DNA of 64,000 nt, taken from Gemmatimonadaceae bacterium (GTDB taxonomy: Bacteria; Gemmatimonadota; Gemmatimonadetes; Gemmatimonadales; Gemmatimonadaceae). Below the pieces are notes generated by a model. That model ran no database searches, was not told where the DNA came from, and worked only from the letters and a program-made list of their open reading frames with translations. Location of the stretch: NCBI GenBank assembly GCA_035997625.1, contig DASYIM010000092.1, positions 51,793-115,792 on the forward strand, in the 5' to 3' direction. Numbering within the stretch: position 1 is the stretch's first letter; the number at the start of each line of letters is the position of its first letter. A program made the position numbers and the translations under genes. Below, one piece after another: positions 1 to 12,001 of this stretch.

Positions 1-836
1 TCCGTGATCTCAGGCTTCCGCGAGTCGTCCTCGGCGCCCTGGTTGGGGCGGGTTTGGGCGCCAGCGGGGGCGTCCTGCAGGGCGCTCTGAGAAACGCATT
101 GGCCGAGCCGTATCTGCTCGGCGTGTCGGGCGGTGCCGCGGTCGGCGCGGTGCTGGCGTTCTCGCTTGGCGGCACCAGCGAGCCGGTGATCACCCTCGCC
201 GCTTTTGCCGGTGGAGTGTCGGCGGTATTCATCGCTCTTGCCGTGAGTCGCGCTGGCGGCCGCGCGGCGCGAGCCGACCTGCGAACGCTGCTCATTGCCG
301 GCGTCATCGTCGGCGCGTTCGCCAATGCGGCGATCATGGTCGCCCTCGCGAGAGCGGAGCCAAACACCATTCGCGGCGCTTTGTGGTGGATGATGGGATC
401 GGCCGCGGACGCGACATGGAGGCGTGTGACCTGGCTGGCTGTTAGTGTCGCGCTCGCCGGCGGCGCGCTGATTTACTGGGCACGCGAAGTAGATGTCCTT
501 GCTCTCGGTGACGATACCGCCGCCTCCCTCGGTGTCGACGCGGAGAAGGCGGGAAAGCGCGCTTTCATCCTCGCCGCATTGCTGGCCGCGGCAACCGTAG
601 CGGCGGCGGGACTCATTGGATTCGTCGGCCTCGTGGTGCCGCACATCGCCAGAGGAATGGGACTGCGCGCACATCGACCGCTGCTGCTCGCCGCCGGCCT
701 CATTGGCGCGACTTTGGTTGTCGCGGCCGATCTCGCGGCTCGTACCGTCGCTGCGCCGACCGAGCTTCCCCTTGGCGCGATTACGGCGCTGCTGGGGGTG
801 CCGTTCTTCCTCGTGCAGCTGCGGCGGTTGTCATGA
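1..836 (+). CDS. FecCD/BtuC-family ABC permease (5' end outside window)
   Basis: RNALAEPYLLGVSGGA and GLIGFVGLVVPH motifs; hydrophobic; frame appears open from the window edge. Confidence 0.9.
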   Translation, partial: RDLRLPRVVLGALVGAGLGASGGVLQGALRNALAEPYLLGVSGGAAVGAVLAFSLGGTSEPVITLAAFAGGVSAVFIALAVSRAGGRAARADLRTLLIAGVIVGAFANAAIMVALARAEPNTIRGALWWMMGSAADATWRRVTWLAVSVALAGGALIYWAREVDVLALGDDTAASLGVDAEKAGKRAFILAALLAAATVAAAGLIGFVGLVVPHIARGMGLRAHRPLLLAAGLIGATLVVAADLAARTVAAPTELPLGAITALLGVPFFLVQLRRLS

Positions 837-1621
837 TCGCAGCCCAGGATCTGATCGTCCGCTACCCCGGCGCGGAGGTGAACGCCGTCGACGGCGTGAG
901 CTTCGTCGGCGTCCGTGGCCAGCTCACCGCACTCGCCGGCCCGAATGGCTCGGGGAAGAGCTCGATCGTTCGCGCGCTGCTGCGCCGGGCCGAAACCCCC
1001 GGCGGCTCTGTGTCGATCGACGGACGGGATGTGCGATCGCTCTCCTATGCCGATCTGGCCAAAAGCATTGCCGTGGTTCCGCAGCGGGAGGAGACCGCGT
1101 TCCCGATTCGCGTGCAGGAATACGTTGCACTGGGACGGTATCCGCATCTTGGCCTGTGGCGCGCTCCCGGACGTGACGACCTGCACGCGGTGAACGAGGC
1201 ACTGTCTCAGGCAGGCGTCAGCGACCTGGCGACGCGCGATACCAACGCGCTGTCGGGTGGAGAGTGGCAGCGAGTGCGAATAGCACGCGCATTGGCTCAG
1301 CGTGCGCCCGCTCTCGTTCTCGACGAACCGACGACGTTCCTGGACGTCGCGCACGAGATGTCGATCTTCGAGCTGCTGTTCTCGCTGGCCCGATCAGGAC
1401 TGGCCGTGCTCCTTGTCAGCCATCAGCTCAATCTCGTAGCCCGGTTTGCCGACAAGATCATACTGCTCGATCATGGCCGGGTCGCCATCAGCGGATCACC
1501 GGCCGACGTGATGAATGCCGAGAGACTCGAAGCGATCTACGGATGGCCGGTGGTCGTGACTCGCGACCCCGCTGTCGGAGCGCCCGCGCTCGTTCCTCTC
1601 CGCCGCCCTCTCCAACTCTGA
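833..1621 (+). CDS. Cobalamin/Fe-siderophore ABC transporter ATPase (BtuD/FecE-like)
   Basis: Walker A GPNGSGKS, signature LSGGEWQR, LDEPT; ATGA overlap with the permease. Confidence 0.93.
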   Translation: MIAAQDLIVRYPGAEVNAVDGVSFVGVRGQLTALAGPNGSGKSSIVRALLRRAETPGGSVSIDGRDVRSLSYADLAKSIAVVPQREETAFPIRVQEYVALGRYPHLGLWRAPGRDDLHAVNEALSQAGVSDLATRDTNALSGGEWQRVRIARALAQRAPALVLDEPTTFLDVAHEMSIFELLFSLARSGLAVLLVSHQLNLVARFADKIILLDHGRVAISGSPADVMNAERLEAIYGWPVVVTRDPAVGAPALVPLRRPLQL

Positions 1622-1640
1622 ACCCTTCACCCTGTCGAAC

Positions 1641-3605
1641 ATGAAACTGGAATCGATTCTTGCCGCGATCAGTTGCGCGCTCCTCGGAGTTTATAGCACG
1701 CCGGCGATCTCCCAAACGCCGGATACGACTCACCTGGGAACCGTCGTCATATCGGCATCCAAAGTCCCCAAGCCGGCCGACGCGCTCACCCAGGCCGTAA
1801 CGGTGATCTCGGGCGACGACCTGCGCGCCCGCGGAGTGACGCGTGTGACGGACGCCCTCCGCGAAGTACCGGGAGCGACGCTCGTACAGAGCGGATCTTA
1901 CGGCGCCCTGACGTCGCTCTTTCTTCGCGGCGGAGAAAGCCGCTACACGAAAGTCCTCATCGATGGCGTGCCGGTAAATGCGCCGGGCGGGTACTTCGAC
2001 TTCAGCCATCTCACCACCGACAACATCGATCGCATCGAGATCGTGCGCGGCCCCGCCAGCGTACTCTACGGAGCGGATGCGGCCACGGGTGTGGTCCAGA
2101 TCTTCACGCGCCGGCCCGACGGCGCGAGACACGCGTCGCTCGGCGTGCGTGGCGGAACCTACGGATCACTCGACGCCGACGGGGATCTTTCAGCGTCACG
2201 CGGATTGAATGGCTTGACCCTCGGCGCCGCCCATCATTCCAGCGATGGGGTTATTCCGTTCAACAATCAGTACAAGAACGGAACCCTCAGCTCGAATGTC
2301 ACCCTCGCCAGCGGCAGCGCCGGCGATGCCAGGGTGTCGGCGCGCTACACTGCAGCGGAATTCCACTTTCCGACCGATTTCACCGGGCAACCGGTGGACA
2401 GCAACGCGTATCGTACTCAGCATCGTCTGACCGTTGGTCTCGATGCGGGGCGCAATTTCGGCCAACACGCTCAGGGTCGCCTGCTTGCCGGCACGAACGA
2501 CGTGTCCGACATCACCGATGACATCGCGGTCACGTTTGGATCACCGACACCCCAGCACTCGAGGTTTACGTCGCGTGGGTACCGAAGAAATGTCGAGGGA
2601 CGCGCAGCGTTCTTCCTTCCTGCCGGCACGACCGTCACTTTCGGTGGAACCTACGAGAAAGAACATGAGAACAGCGCGACCGGATCGGGCGATGTGGGTG
2701 CACCGACCACCCAAACCGACGCGTTTGATGCATCCCGCCACAACGTCGCGTACTACACAGAGATCCTCGGCAATCCACTCGAGCGGCTGTCCTACACCTT
2801 GAGCGGTCGCGTCGATGACAACTCGGATTATGACAGATTCGCGACCTACCGGGTTGGGGCGAACGTCGGCGTTGCGCCCGGGCTCAAGGCGCGGGCATCC
2901 ATCAGCACCGCGTTCAACGCGCCGGCGTTCAACCAGCTTCGGCCCACGCTTTTCACGGTCGGGAACCCGAATCTGCGCCCGGAGAAAATCCGGTCCGCGG
3001 AAATCGGCCTGACAACGAGCTTCCGTCCTGATCTGATTCGCATCAGTGCGGGTTACTTCAATCAGCGCTTTTCGGATCTCATCCAGTACGTCAGCGGACC
3101 CCCGCCCGACTTCAAAGGAAGCTTCGCCAACCTGACGGCGGCCAGCTCCAACGGTGTCGAAACGGAGATCGCGCTTTATCCTGTTGAGAGCTGGCGGGCT
3201 ACAGCGAGCTACACCATCGCGGAGCCGCGTGTCACCGAGACCGATCCCAGTTACGAGGGCAGCGATCGCCCTGGAGATGCGCTCATCCGTCGTCCAACCC
3301 ATTCGGGCGCCGTGACCATTTCCTACGGACGCGGTGGTGGCCTCAACCTCGGCACCGCAATCAGTTATGTGGGCAAGCGGCCGGACCTCGACTTTGCCCA
3401 GTTTCCGTCGCCACGCGTCACCCTGCCGGCGTACACCAAGGTAGACCTCTCCGCGGAATTCCCCGTCACTCGCCAGGGACCGGCCGGGATTACCCTCACT
3501 GGGCGAATCGAAAACCTCTTCGACAAAAGGTATGAGGATGTGCTGAATTTTGAGGCGCCGGGCCGGGCCATTTTGCTTGGCGCCCGCGCCACAGGAATGT
3601 TCTGA
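1641..3605 (+). CDS. TonB-dependent receptor, BtuB-like
   Basis: Signal peptide, plug motif IDRIEIVRGPASVLYGADA, ENLFDKRY, C-terminal Phe. Confidence 0.9.
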   Translation: MKLESILAAISCALLGVYSTPAISQTPDTTHLGTVVISASKVPKPADALTQAVTVISGDDLRARGVTRVTDALREVPGATLVQSGSYGALTSLFLRGGESRYTKVLIDGVPVNAPGGYFDFSHLTTDNIDRIEIVRGPASVLYGADAATGVVQIFTRRPDGARHASLGVRGGTYGSLDADGDLSASRGLNGLTLGAAHHSSDGVIPFNNQYKNGTLSSNVTLASGSAGDARVSARYTAAEFHFPTDFTGQPVDSNAYRTQHRLTVGLDAGRNFGQHAQGRLLAGTNDVSDITDDIAVTFGSPTPQHSRFTSRGYRRNVEGRAAFFLPAGTTVTFGGTYEKEHENSATGSGDVGAPTTQTDAFDASRHNVAYYTEILGNPLERLSYTLSGRVDDNSDYDRFATYRVGANVGVAPGLKARASISTAFNAPAFNQLRPTLFTVGNPNLRPEKIRSAEIGLTTSFRPDLIRISAGYFNQRFSDLIQYVSGPPPDFKGSFANLTAASSNGVETEIALYPVESWRATASYTIAEPRVTETDPSYEGSDRPGDALIRRPTHSGAVTISYGRGGGLNLGTAISYVGKRPDLDFAQFPSPRVTLPAYTKVDLSAEFPVTRQGPAGITLTGRIENLFDKRYEDVLNFEAPGRAILLGARATGMF

Positions 3606-3669
3606 CAAGGGTCGCGTCCGCCGCGAGCGATATCACTTGTGGATAGCTATGCGGCGGCTGATGTCCGCG

Positions 3670-3678
3670 TGTTACATT
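3670..3678 (+). promoter_or_regulatory. Extended -10 (TG-T-TACATT) 6 nt before the recO ATG; probable leaderless promoter
   Basis: TGnTAnnTT directly before ATG 3685; no SD visible. Confidence 0.45.
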
Positions 3679-3684
3679 CTGACA

Positions 3685-4446
3685 ATGCCGCTCCTTCTGA
3701 CAGAGGCGATCGTTCTTCACGCGTTCGACTACCTCGAGAGCTCGCGCATAATCCGTCTTCTGACCAGGGAGGCGGGTATTCAGTCGGCATTGGCCAGAGG
3801 TGCGCGAAAATCGCGCGCGCGGTATGGATCCGCGCTGGATCTCTTCGCGGAGGGCACCGCGCAACTGTACATGAAGCCGAACCGCGAATTGCACAACCTC
3901 GCCGCGTTCGAGATTGAGCGATCGCGCAGCGAGCTGGCGGAGGAAGTCGGCCGGTTCACAGCGGCGTCGACGATCGCAGAGCTTGCCCTTCGCTTTGCCG
4001 GTGAAGAGGGAAGTCCCCAATTATACGATACGGTTTCTGAGGTGCTCGACCAGATCTCCCGGGCGACTCCCGAACAAACGATCAGCATTGGTCTGGCCGG
4101 GTGCTGGCGGATCGTCTCGGTCGTGGGATTCACTCCTGAGCTCTCCAGCTGTGCCCTGTGCCACACGCCTCTGCGCGACACCGATGACACGACCTTTTCG
4201 CCGGCGGCGGGAGGCGTCGTCTGTCCAGGCTGCAGCAAGCTGGCTCGTGGGGGCCGGCGCCTTCCCGTCACGGCGCGCGCGGCCATCAGCCGTTGGCTCG
4301 CCTCGGATGATTCAGTTGCGTTGGAGGATGCGGAGGGCAGGTCACATCAGCGATTGCTCCGGGAGTTCCTCGATGCGCACATGCCGGACGACCGTCCGCT
4401 CCGCGCATTCGCCGTGTGGGAACACGAGCGCTGGAGCGCGGCGTGA
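3685..4446 (+). CDS. recO: DNA repair protein RecO
   Basis: TEAIVLH..DYLESSRII N-terminus; Zn-finger CALC...CPGC; start placed at ATG 3685. Confidence 0.92.
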   Translation: MPLLLTEAIVLHAFDYLESSRIIRLLTREAGIQSALARGARKSRARYGSALDLFAEGTAQLYMKPNRELHNLAAFEIERSRSELAEEVGRFTAASTIAELALRFAGEEGSPQLYDTVSEVLDQISRATPEQTISIGLAGCWRIVSVVGFTPELSSCALCHTPLRDTDDTTFSPAAGGVVCPGCSKLARGGRRLPVTARAAISRWLASDDSVALEDAEGRSHQRLLREFLDAHMPDDRPLRAFAVWEHERWSAA

Positions 4447-6332
4447 TCATCGGCACTGCCGGACACATAGATCATGGAAAGACGCAGCTGGTCAAAGCGT
4501 TGACGGGAGTCGACACCGATCGGTTGCCTGAGGAAAAGCGACGCGGCATCACAATCGATCTCGGTTTTGCGCCGCTCGTGCTCGATGGCCTGGGCACTGT
4601 AGGCGTGATAGACGTTCCGGGTCACGAAGATTTCGTGCGCAGCATGGTGGTGGGCGCCAGCGGAATCGATCTGGCCCTTCTCGTCGTGGCAGCGGACGAA
4701 GGCGTGATGCCGCAAACTCGAGAACATCTCTCGATCCTGAAGTTTTTACAGATACCGCGGCTGGTGGTAGCACTTACCAAGTCCGACCTCGTCGAGGAGG
4801 AGTGGCTCGATTTGGTCCGCAACGACGTGCTGTCGCTGTTCGCCGGCGAGGCGGGCGGCGACCCTCCGGTGGTGGTTTGTTCTGGTCGCAGCGGTGCCGG
4901 ACTCGATGAGCTGAGGCGTGTCCTCGGAGAAATTCTTTCGCGTGGCGAGTCGAAGCCGGACGATCTGTTCCGCCTTCCGGTGGATCGAGCGTTTTCGGTC
5001 AAGGGAACCGGCACGGTGGTCACGGGAACCGTTTGGAGCGGCGATCTCGGCGTCGAAGAAGTGGTGCAGATTCTCCCTGCGGGGCGGGCGACGCGAGTGA
5101 GGCGGATCGAACATCACGGTCATCCCGTTGCACGCACGCGTGCCGGCAACCGAGCGGCGATTGCCCTGGCCGGCACCGAGCTCAGTGACGTCGCTCGCGG
5201 CGCGGTCCTGGTTCGAGACGAGCACTGGCAGCCGACATCATTGTTCGAGGCTGTGGTCATGATCGACCCGGAGTCCGCTCGGGCGCTGACGTCGCGGAGC
5301 TGGCTGCGCCTGCACGCGGGCGCGTCAGAAGTTGGCGCGCGCGTCGTCGTCGGTGATTCCGCGACGGGCGCGCGGGGACGTAGTCTTGCTCGCGTGACTA
5401 CCGATTCGCCCCTCGTGCTGAGAGGAGGGGACCGATTCGTTTTGCGACTTCCCGCCCCACTGCGAACAGTAGGGGGTGGCATAGTCGTCGATCCCTACGC
5501 GCGACGGCGATCCCTTCCCGTTCTGCGAGACGTTGAGCTGGACCACCTCTCTTCGAGCGGGCTGGCGCGACTTGGGTTCGTGCTCAACGCGCAGGCGGGG
5601 CGTGGTGTTCGTCTCGCCGACATCCCGGTTCGTGTTGGATGCTCGCCTGTTGAGGTGCAACGCCTCGTTGAGCTGAGCGGCGCGCGCGCGGGACGCCACA
5701 ACCTTTTTGAGCCGGACGCTGTCGAACAAGTTATGGCTAGCGTACGAAGAATCGTTGCGGAATACGAGATAAAATCTCCCCTCGCCCTTGGCGTTCCAGC
5801 GCAAACGTTGCGCGAAGCCGTGCGCGCGAGCGAGGAGCTGGCGGACATTTCCATTCGGGAGATGGAGCGTTCCGGCGAGATCGAGTCGCACGGGCCCCTT
5901 TTCCGCAGGCGAGGTTGGACACCCACTCCAACTGATCGCGAGGTCGAGGCGAGTAGCCGTCTGGCGCATGATATTTGCGCTGGCGAGCAGGAGCCGCCGA
6001 GTGTTGGAGAACTGGTTTTGCGTTACGGCAGCTCGGTCCCCGCGTTGCTTCGATTTCTGGAGCGCGAGGGGCGAATCGTCCAGGTGGAGACGGATCGCTA
6101 CTACGACCGAAACGCATTGGAACACATGATCGCTCAACTCAAAGGGAAGCTGGTTCCGGGACAGATCTATGTCCCGGCCCAGCTTCGAGATATGCTCGGT
6201 TCTTCGAGAAAGTATCTCATCCCGTTTCTCGAGTTTTGCGACCGTAGCGGAGTTACGGAACGAAGGGGTGACGGGCGGGTTCTTAGGGACACCCCTGGGA
6301 TTCGTCTTGACACTTCTAAAGCTCATTCGTAA
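4443..6332 (+). CDS. selB: Selenocysteine-specific elongation factor SelB
   Basis: IIGTAGHIDHGKT, EEKRRGITIDLGFA, DVPGHE, C-terminal winged helix SRKYLIPFLEFCDR; GTGA overlap with recO. Confidence 0.95.
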   Translation: MIIGTAGHIDHGKTQLVKALTGVDTDRLPEEKRRGITIDLGFAPLVLDGLGTVGVIDVPGHEDFVRSMVVGASGIDLALLVVAADEGVMPQTREHLSILKFLQIPRLVVALTKSDLVEEEWLDLVRNDVLSLFAGEAGGDPPVVVCSGRSGAGLDELRRVLGEILSRGESKPDDLFRLPVDRAFSVKGTGTVVTGTVWSGDLGVEEVVQILPAGRATRVRRIEHHGHPVARTRAGNRAAIALAGTELSDVARGAVLVRDEHWQPTSLFEAVVMIDPESARALTSRSWLRLHAGASEVGARVVVGDSATGARGRSLARVTTDSPLVLRGGDRFVLRLPAPLRTVGGGIVVDPYARRRSLPVLRDVELDHLSSSGLARLGFVLNAQAGRGVRLADIPVRVGCSPVEVQRLVELSGARAGRHNLFEPDAVEQVMASVRRIVAEYEIKSPLALGVPAQTLREAVRASEELADISIREMERSGEIESHGPLFRRRGWTPTPTDREVEASSRLAHDICAGEQEPPSVGELVLRYGSSVPALLRFLEREGRIVQVETDRYYDRNALEHMIAQLKGKLVPGQIYVPAQLRDMLGSSRKYLIPFLEFCDRSGVTERRGDGRVLRDTPGIRLDTSKAHS

Positions 6333-6335
6333 GTT
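6307..6335 (+). promoter_or_regulatory. Sigma70-type promoter TTGACA-N17-TAAGTT
   Basis: Perfect -35, 17-nt spacer, located at the 3' end of selB. Confidence 0.7.
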
Positions 6336-6411
6336 CGCGCCAGAGAACAAATGTCCACCTTGGTAGGAGTTAGAGTCTAGAGACCCTCTTTCGTCAGCAT
6401 TTGGAGACAAC

Positions 6412-6873
6412 ATGAAGCACCTGTGGCGGGCGCTGTTCTTAGTGCTCGTGCTCGGCGCGTTCATGCCAAGTCGTTCGGCGGGACAGGGAATGCAACCCCA
6501 GACCCCCGGAGGACAAGGCGCCGGGTTGCCGTTGGGACAGAACTTTCCTAACCCGGTCAATCTGGACACTCGAATTCCGTTCCTGGTCGGTGACGCACCG
6601 GGATGCACGGATTCGGGCCGTCAACACCGCGTAAGCCTGCGGATTTACAACTTGCTGGCGCAGCAGGTAGCTGTGCCGGTTTTGCAGGGCGGTGTAGGGA
6701 ATGCGGCCGGAGGCGAAGCACTGGAGAACCAGCTTTTGACTTGCGGATCGTACCTCGCTTACTGGGACGGCAAGAACACGCAGACTGGAGATGACATAGC
6801 CTCGGGGATTTACCTGTACCGCCTCGAGGTCGATGGTAAGCCCTTCGTAAAGAAAATGATCGTCAGGAAATAG
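6412..6873 (+). CDS. Secreted stand-alone FlgD-Ig / T9SS C-terminal-sorting-domain-like protein
   Basis: Signal peptide then LGQNFPNP...LRIYNLL...WDGKN..G..IASGIYLYRL...KKM; SD GGAGA. Confidence 0.8.
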   Translation: MKHLWRALFLVLVLGAFMPSRSAGQGMQPQTPGGQGAGLPLGQNFPNPVNLDTRIPFLVGDAPGCTDSGRQHRVSLRIYNLLAQQVAVPVLQGGVGNAAGGEALENQLLTCGSYLAYWDGKNTQTGDDIASGIYLYRLEVDGKPFVKKMIVRK

Positions 6874-6885
6874 TGGTTTGACATT

Positions 6886-6930
6886 AAAGAGACCCGGTTG
6901 GCAGGCTGCCAGTCGGGTCTCTTTCGTTTT
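6886..6930 (+). terminator. Intrinsic terminator
   Basis: AAAGAGACCCGGTTGGCA / TGCCAGTCGGGTCTCTTT stem (with G-U pairs) then CGTTTT. Confidence 0.8.
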
Positions 6931-6963
6931 GCATCGTCGATGTGCCAGGATGGCGGGTTTTAT

Positions 6964-6980
6964 GCGGCACCCCCGTTGCA
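6964..6980 (+). promoter_or_regulatory. Putative sigma54 (-24/-12) promoter of clpB
   Basis: CGGCAC-N5-TTGCA; GG 6966-67 and GC 6978-79 are exactly 10 nt apart. Confidence 0.5.
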
Positions 6981-7019
6981 CCTCCCCTCACAATTTCGGC
7001 AAACCTCTCGGGTAAGATT

Positions 7020-9618
<2,599 letters not shown>

Positions 9619-9632
<14 letters not shown>

Positions 9633-10185
9633 CGATCACCAGGCTACAGGGTTCGGTGCGGCGAGCTCGCTCGCGGTTGACGAGCAGTACATTCGCAACG
9701 CACTGGATCTTGCGCGCGAAGCGGCGAAGCGGAATGAGGTTCCTATAGGTGCCGTGATCGTCAGAGAAGGAGCGATCATCGCTGCCACATCGAATCGCAC
9801 CGTTCGAGATCAGGACCCGACTGCGCACGCGGAGCTCCTTGCGATTCGAGAGGCCTCATCGAAACTCGATCGATGGCGGCTTGACGACTGCACGCTTTAC
9901 GTAACGCTCGAGCCATGCGCCATGTGCGCCGGAGCGATCGTCCTATCGAGAGTAAGACGAGTGGTTTTCGGCGCCTGGGATGAGAAGGCGGGCATGGCTG
10001 GCTCAGTGGGCGACCTTCTCCGCAACCCCCGCCTCAACCACCGACCGGAAGTGCGTAGTGGCGTCCTGGCAGCCACCTGTGGAGGGTTGCTGGAAGCCTT
10101 CTTTCGGACCCAGCGCCGGGTCCCGGACGAGGCTAAAGATCCACGTTCCGGATTACCTGGACCTTCCGGCGTTAACCGCGCCTAG
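9619..10185 (+). CDS. tadA: tRNA adenosine(34) deaminase
   Basis: [21 protein letters not shown]; start position uncertain. Confidence 0.92.
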
Positions 10186-10332
10186 GCGGGGCTAACACCG
10201 ATAAAATCGCAGAAAACCGTGACTGCTGAGCTATGATGCTCGTCGTCACTCTATAGAAGCGATTACGCCCGAACAGGTGCTGATAAAGCACAAAGTTCCG
10301 GCTGGGATCGTAACCCTCAAAGGAGCAGCTAG

Positions 10333-11640
10333 GTGACTCGGACTCAGTTCGCAAAACACTCAGGCGATCGCACCGTCGGACGCAGTTATAGCGGTGCCTT
10401 CTCCATGGCGTTGGTGGGCACAATAATCGTGGCCGGGGCGGCGAGCTTTTCCGTTTCCGAGCTGGCCAGCGTTGGGGGCAGTTCGCCCAGTGCTGCAGCC
10501 GCAATTAATGACCAGGGCGTCGTTGTCGGCTGGAGCTATAACGCAACGCCGGAGCAGCACTCGACCCTTTGGTCCGCAGCGGGCGTACCTGCAGATCTTG
10601 GCACGCTCGGCGGATCTCAAAGCGCTGGGGCAGCAATCTCGTCATCCGGCGCTATCGTCGGCGCGAGCAGCAATGCCGCCGGTGCCTACCATGCGGCACG
10701 TTGGCCTTCAGCGAACGCGACGCCAATTGACCTCGGCACGCTCGGAGGTACCAACAGCCAAGCCGCCGGAATCAACAGTGCCGGCGACGTAGTTGGCTCC
10801 AGCATGACGCCTGGTGACGGGCCAATGCACGCGACCCTGTGGGTCGGCGGGCAGCCCAACGCACAGGATCTGGGCGTTCTGCCGGGAGGCATGTACAGCC
10901 AGGCATTCGCGATCAATAGCGCCGGCGACATCGTCGGAGTAAGTGACGATGTGAGCGGGTTGACTCAAGCAACGCTGTGGCGTGCTGCAGGTGGTCACGT
11001 GGCCGTTGGACTCAAGTCGCTTGGTGGAAGCTACAGCCAGGCCAAGGGAATCAACGATAAGGGCGACATTGTCGGTATGAGCACGAATTCATCGAATGTG
11101 TTCCGCGCGGTTCTATGGGCCGCCCCGGGCTACCTTCCGATCGACTTAGGAACCCTTGGCGGATCGTTCGGCGGCGCGAACGCCATCAATGCCGCCGGCA
11201 ACATCGTCGGATACAGCGGCGCGGCCGGAGACGCGCGGCACGCCACTCTGTGGAGTGGCGCGAGTCACTCGCCAGTTGATCTTGGCTTCCTTCCGAATGG
11301 GTTCGGGAGCGAGGCGAGCAGCATTAACGCATCAGGTCAGATCGCAGGTTTCGGAACAAACTCGATTTACGAAAACCGCGCGATGTTCTGGAACCCCTCG
11401 TCGCCGACGCCGGCTCCGGCGCCCGGCGGGGAGTGTGAGCGTAAGGATGGCGATCGTGGAGATAGAAACGCTCGTGGCAACAACGAGCGTGGAGAGCGAA
11501 AGGATGATAAACGTGGCCGCGAACGCGACAACGACCGTGACAATGATCGTGGCAATCGCGCCGGCGGGCAGCGTAGCAACCGCTCCAATGGACAGCAAAA
11601 CAATCACGAACACCAGGGCGACGAGCAGGGTAACTGCTAA
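10333..11640 (+). CDS. HAF-type extracellular repeat protein (7 repeats) with a charged low-complexity tail
   Basis: Seven ~44-aa DLGTLGG.S.A.AIN.G.IVG.S...HATLW repeats; SD AAGGAG before GTG. Confidence 0.85.
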   Translation: MTRTQFAKHSGDRTVGRSYSGAFSMALVGTIIVAGAASFSVSELASVGGSSPSAAAAINDQGVVVGWSYNATPEQHSTLWSAAGVPADLGTLGGSQSAGAAISSSGAIVGASSNAAGAYHAARWPSANATPIDLGTLGGTNSQAAGINSAGDVVGSSMTPGDGPMHATLWVGGQPNAQDLGVLPGGMYSQAFAINSAGDIVGVSDDVSGLTQATLWRAAGGHVAVGLKSLGGSYSQAKGINDKGDIVGMSTNSSNVFRAVLWAAPGYLPIDLGTLGGSFGGANAINAAGNIVGYSGAAGDARHATLWSGASHSPVDLGFLPNGFGSEASSINASGQIAGFGTNSIYENRAMFWNPSSPTPAPAPGGECERKDGDRGDRNARGNNERGERKDDKRGRERDNDRDNDRGNRAGGQRSNRSNGQQNNHEHQGDEQGNC

Positions 11641-11682
11641 TTGAGTTAAGCCTCGGTCGCCACAACAAGAAGTCAGGGTTTA

Positions 11683-11722
11683 GGACGGGCATCGATATCA
11701 AATCGGTGCCCGTTCGCTTTTT
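11683..11722 (+). terminator. Intrinsic terminator
   Basis: GGACGGGCATCGAT / ATCGGTGCCCGTTC stem then GCTTTTT. Confidence 0.75.
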
Positions 11723-11782
11723 CACGCTCGGGGTCACACGGCAAAATGCGATGGCCACATCGAAAGACCGGCATAAATCGGG

Positions 11783-11811
11783 TTGAAGTGAGTGGAGTGA
11801 GCGAATAAGTT
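11783..11811 (+). promoter_or_regulatory. Promoter of the tRNA pair, TTGAAG-N17-TAAGTT
   Basis: Correct spacing; ends 11 nt before the first tRNA. Confidence 0.55.
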
Positions 11812-11822
11812 GCAGGGCCGCA

Positions 11823-11912
11823 GGACAGGTGGCCGAGTGGTTGAAGGCACCGGTCTCGAAAACCGGCATACCGGTGAACCCGGTATCGAGAGTTCGAATC
11901 TCTCCCTGTCCG
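11823..11912 (+). tRNA. tRNA-Ser(CGA)
   Basis: Acceptor GGACAGG/CCTGTCC, anticodon arm CCGGT-CTCGAAA-ACCGG, long variable arm, TTCGAAT, discriminator G; CCA not encoded. Confidence 0.96.
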
Positions 11913-12001
11913 CTTAGTTTCTCTCCGAAGGCCCGCGCCCAGTCGTCCGCAATCTGCGCTGGGCGGCAGTTCGCAACCTGGCGCGCAAAACGATGTTGCA
12001 G

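Noticed and set aside
1-3605. Cobalamin riboswitch for the btu-like cluster
   Set aside because: The operon 5' end lies outside the window and none is seen inside, so B12 versus iron specificity stays unproven
10456-11397. DNA-level periodicity resembling a repeat array or CRISPR
   Set aside because: Degenerate in-frame protein repeats; no identical repeats with spacers and no cas genes
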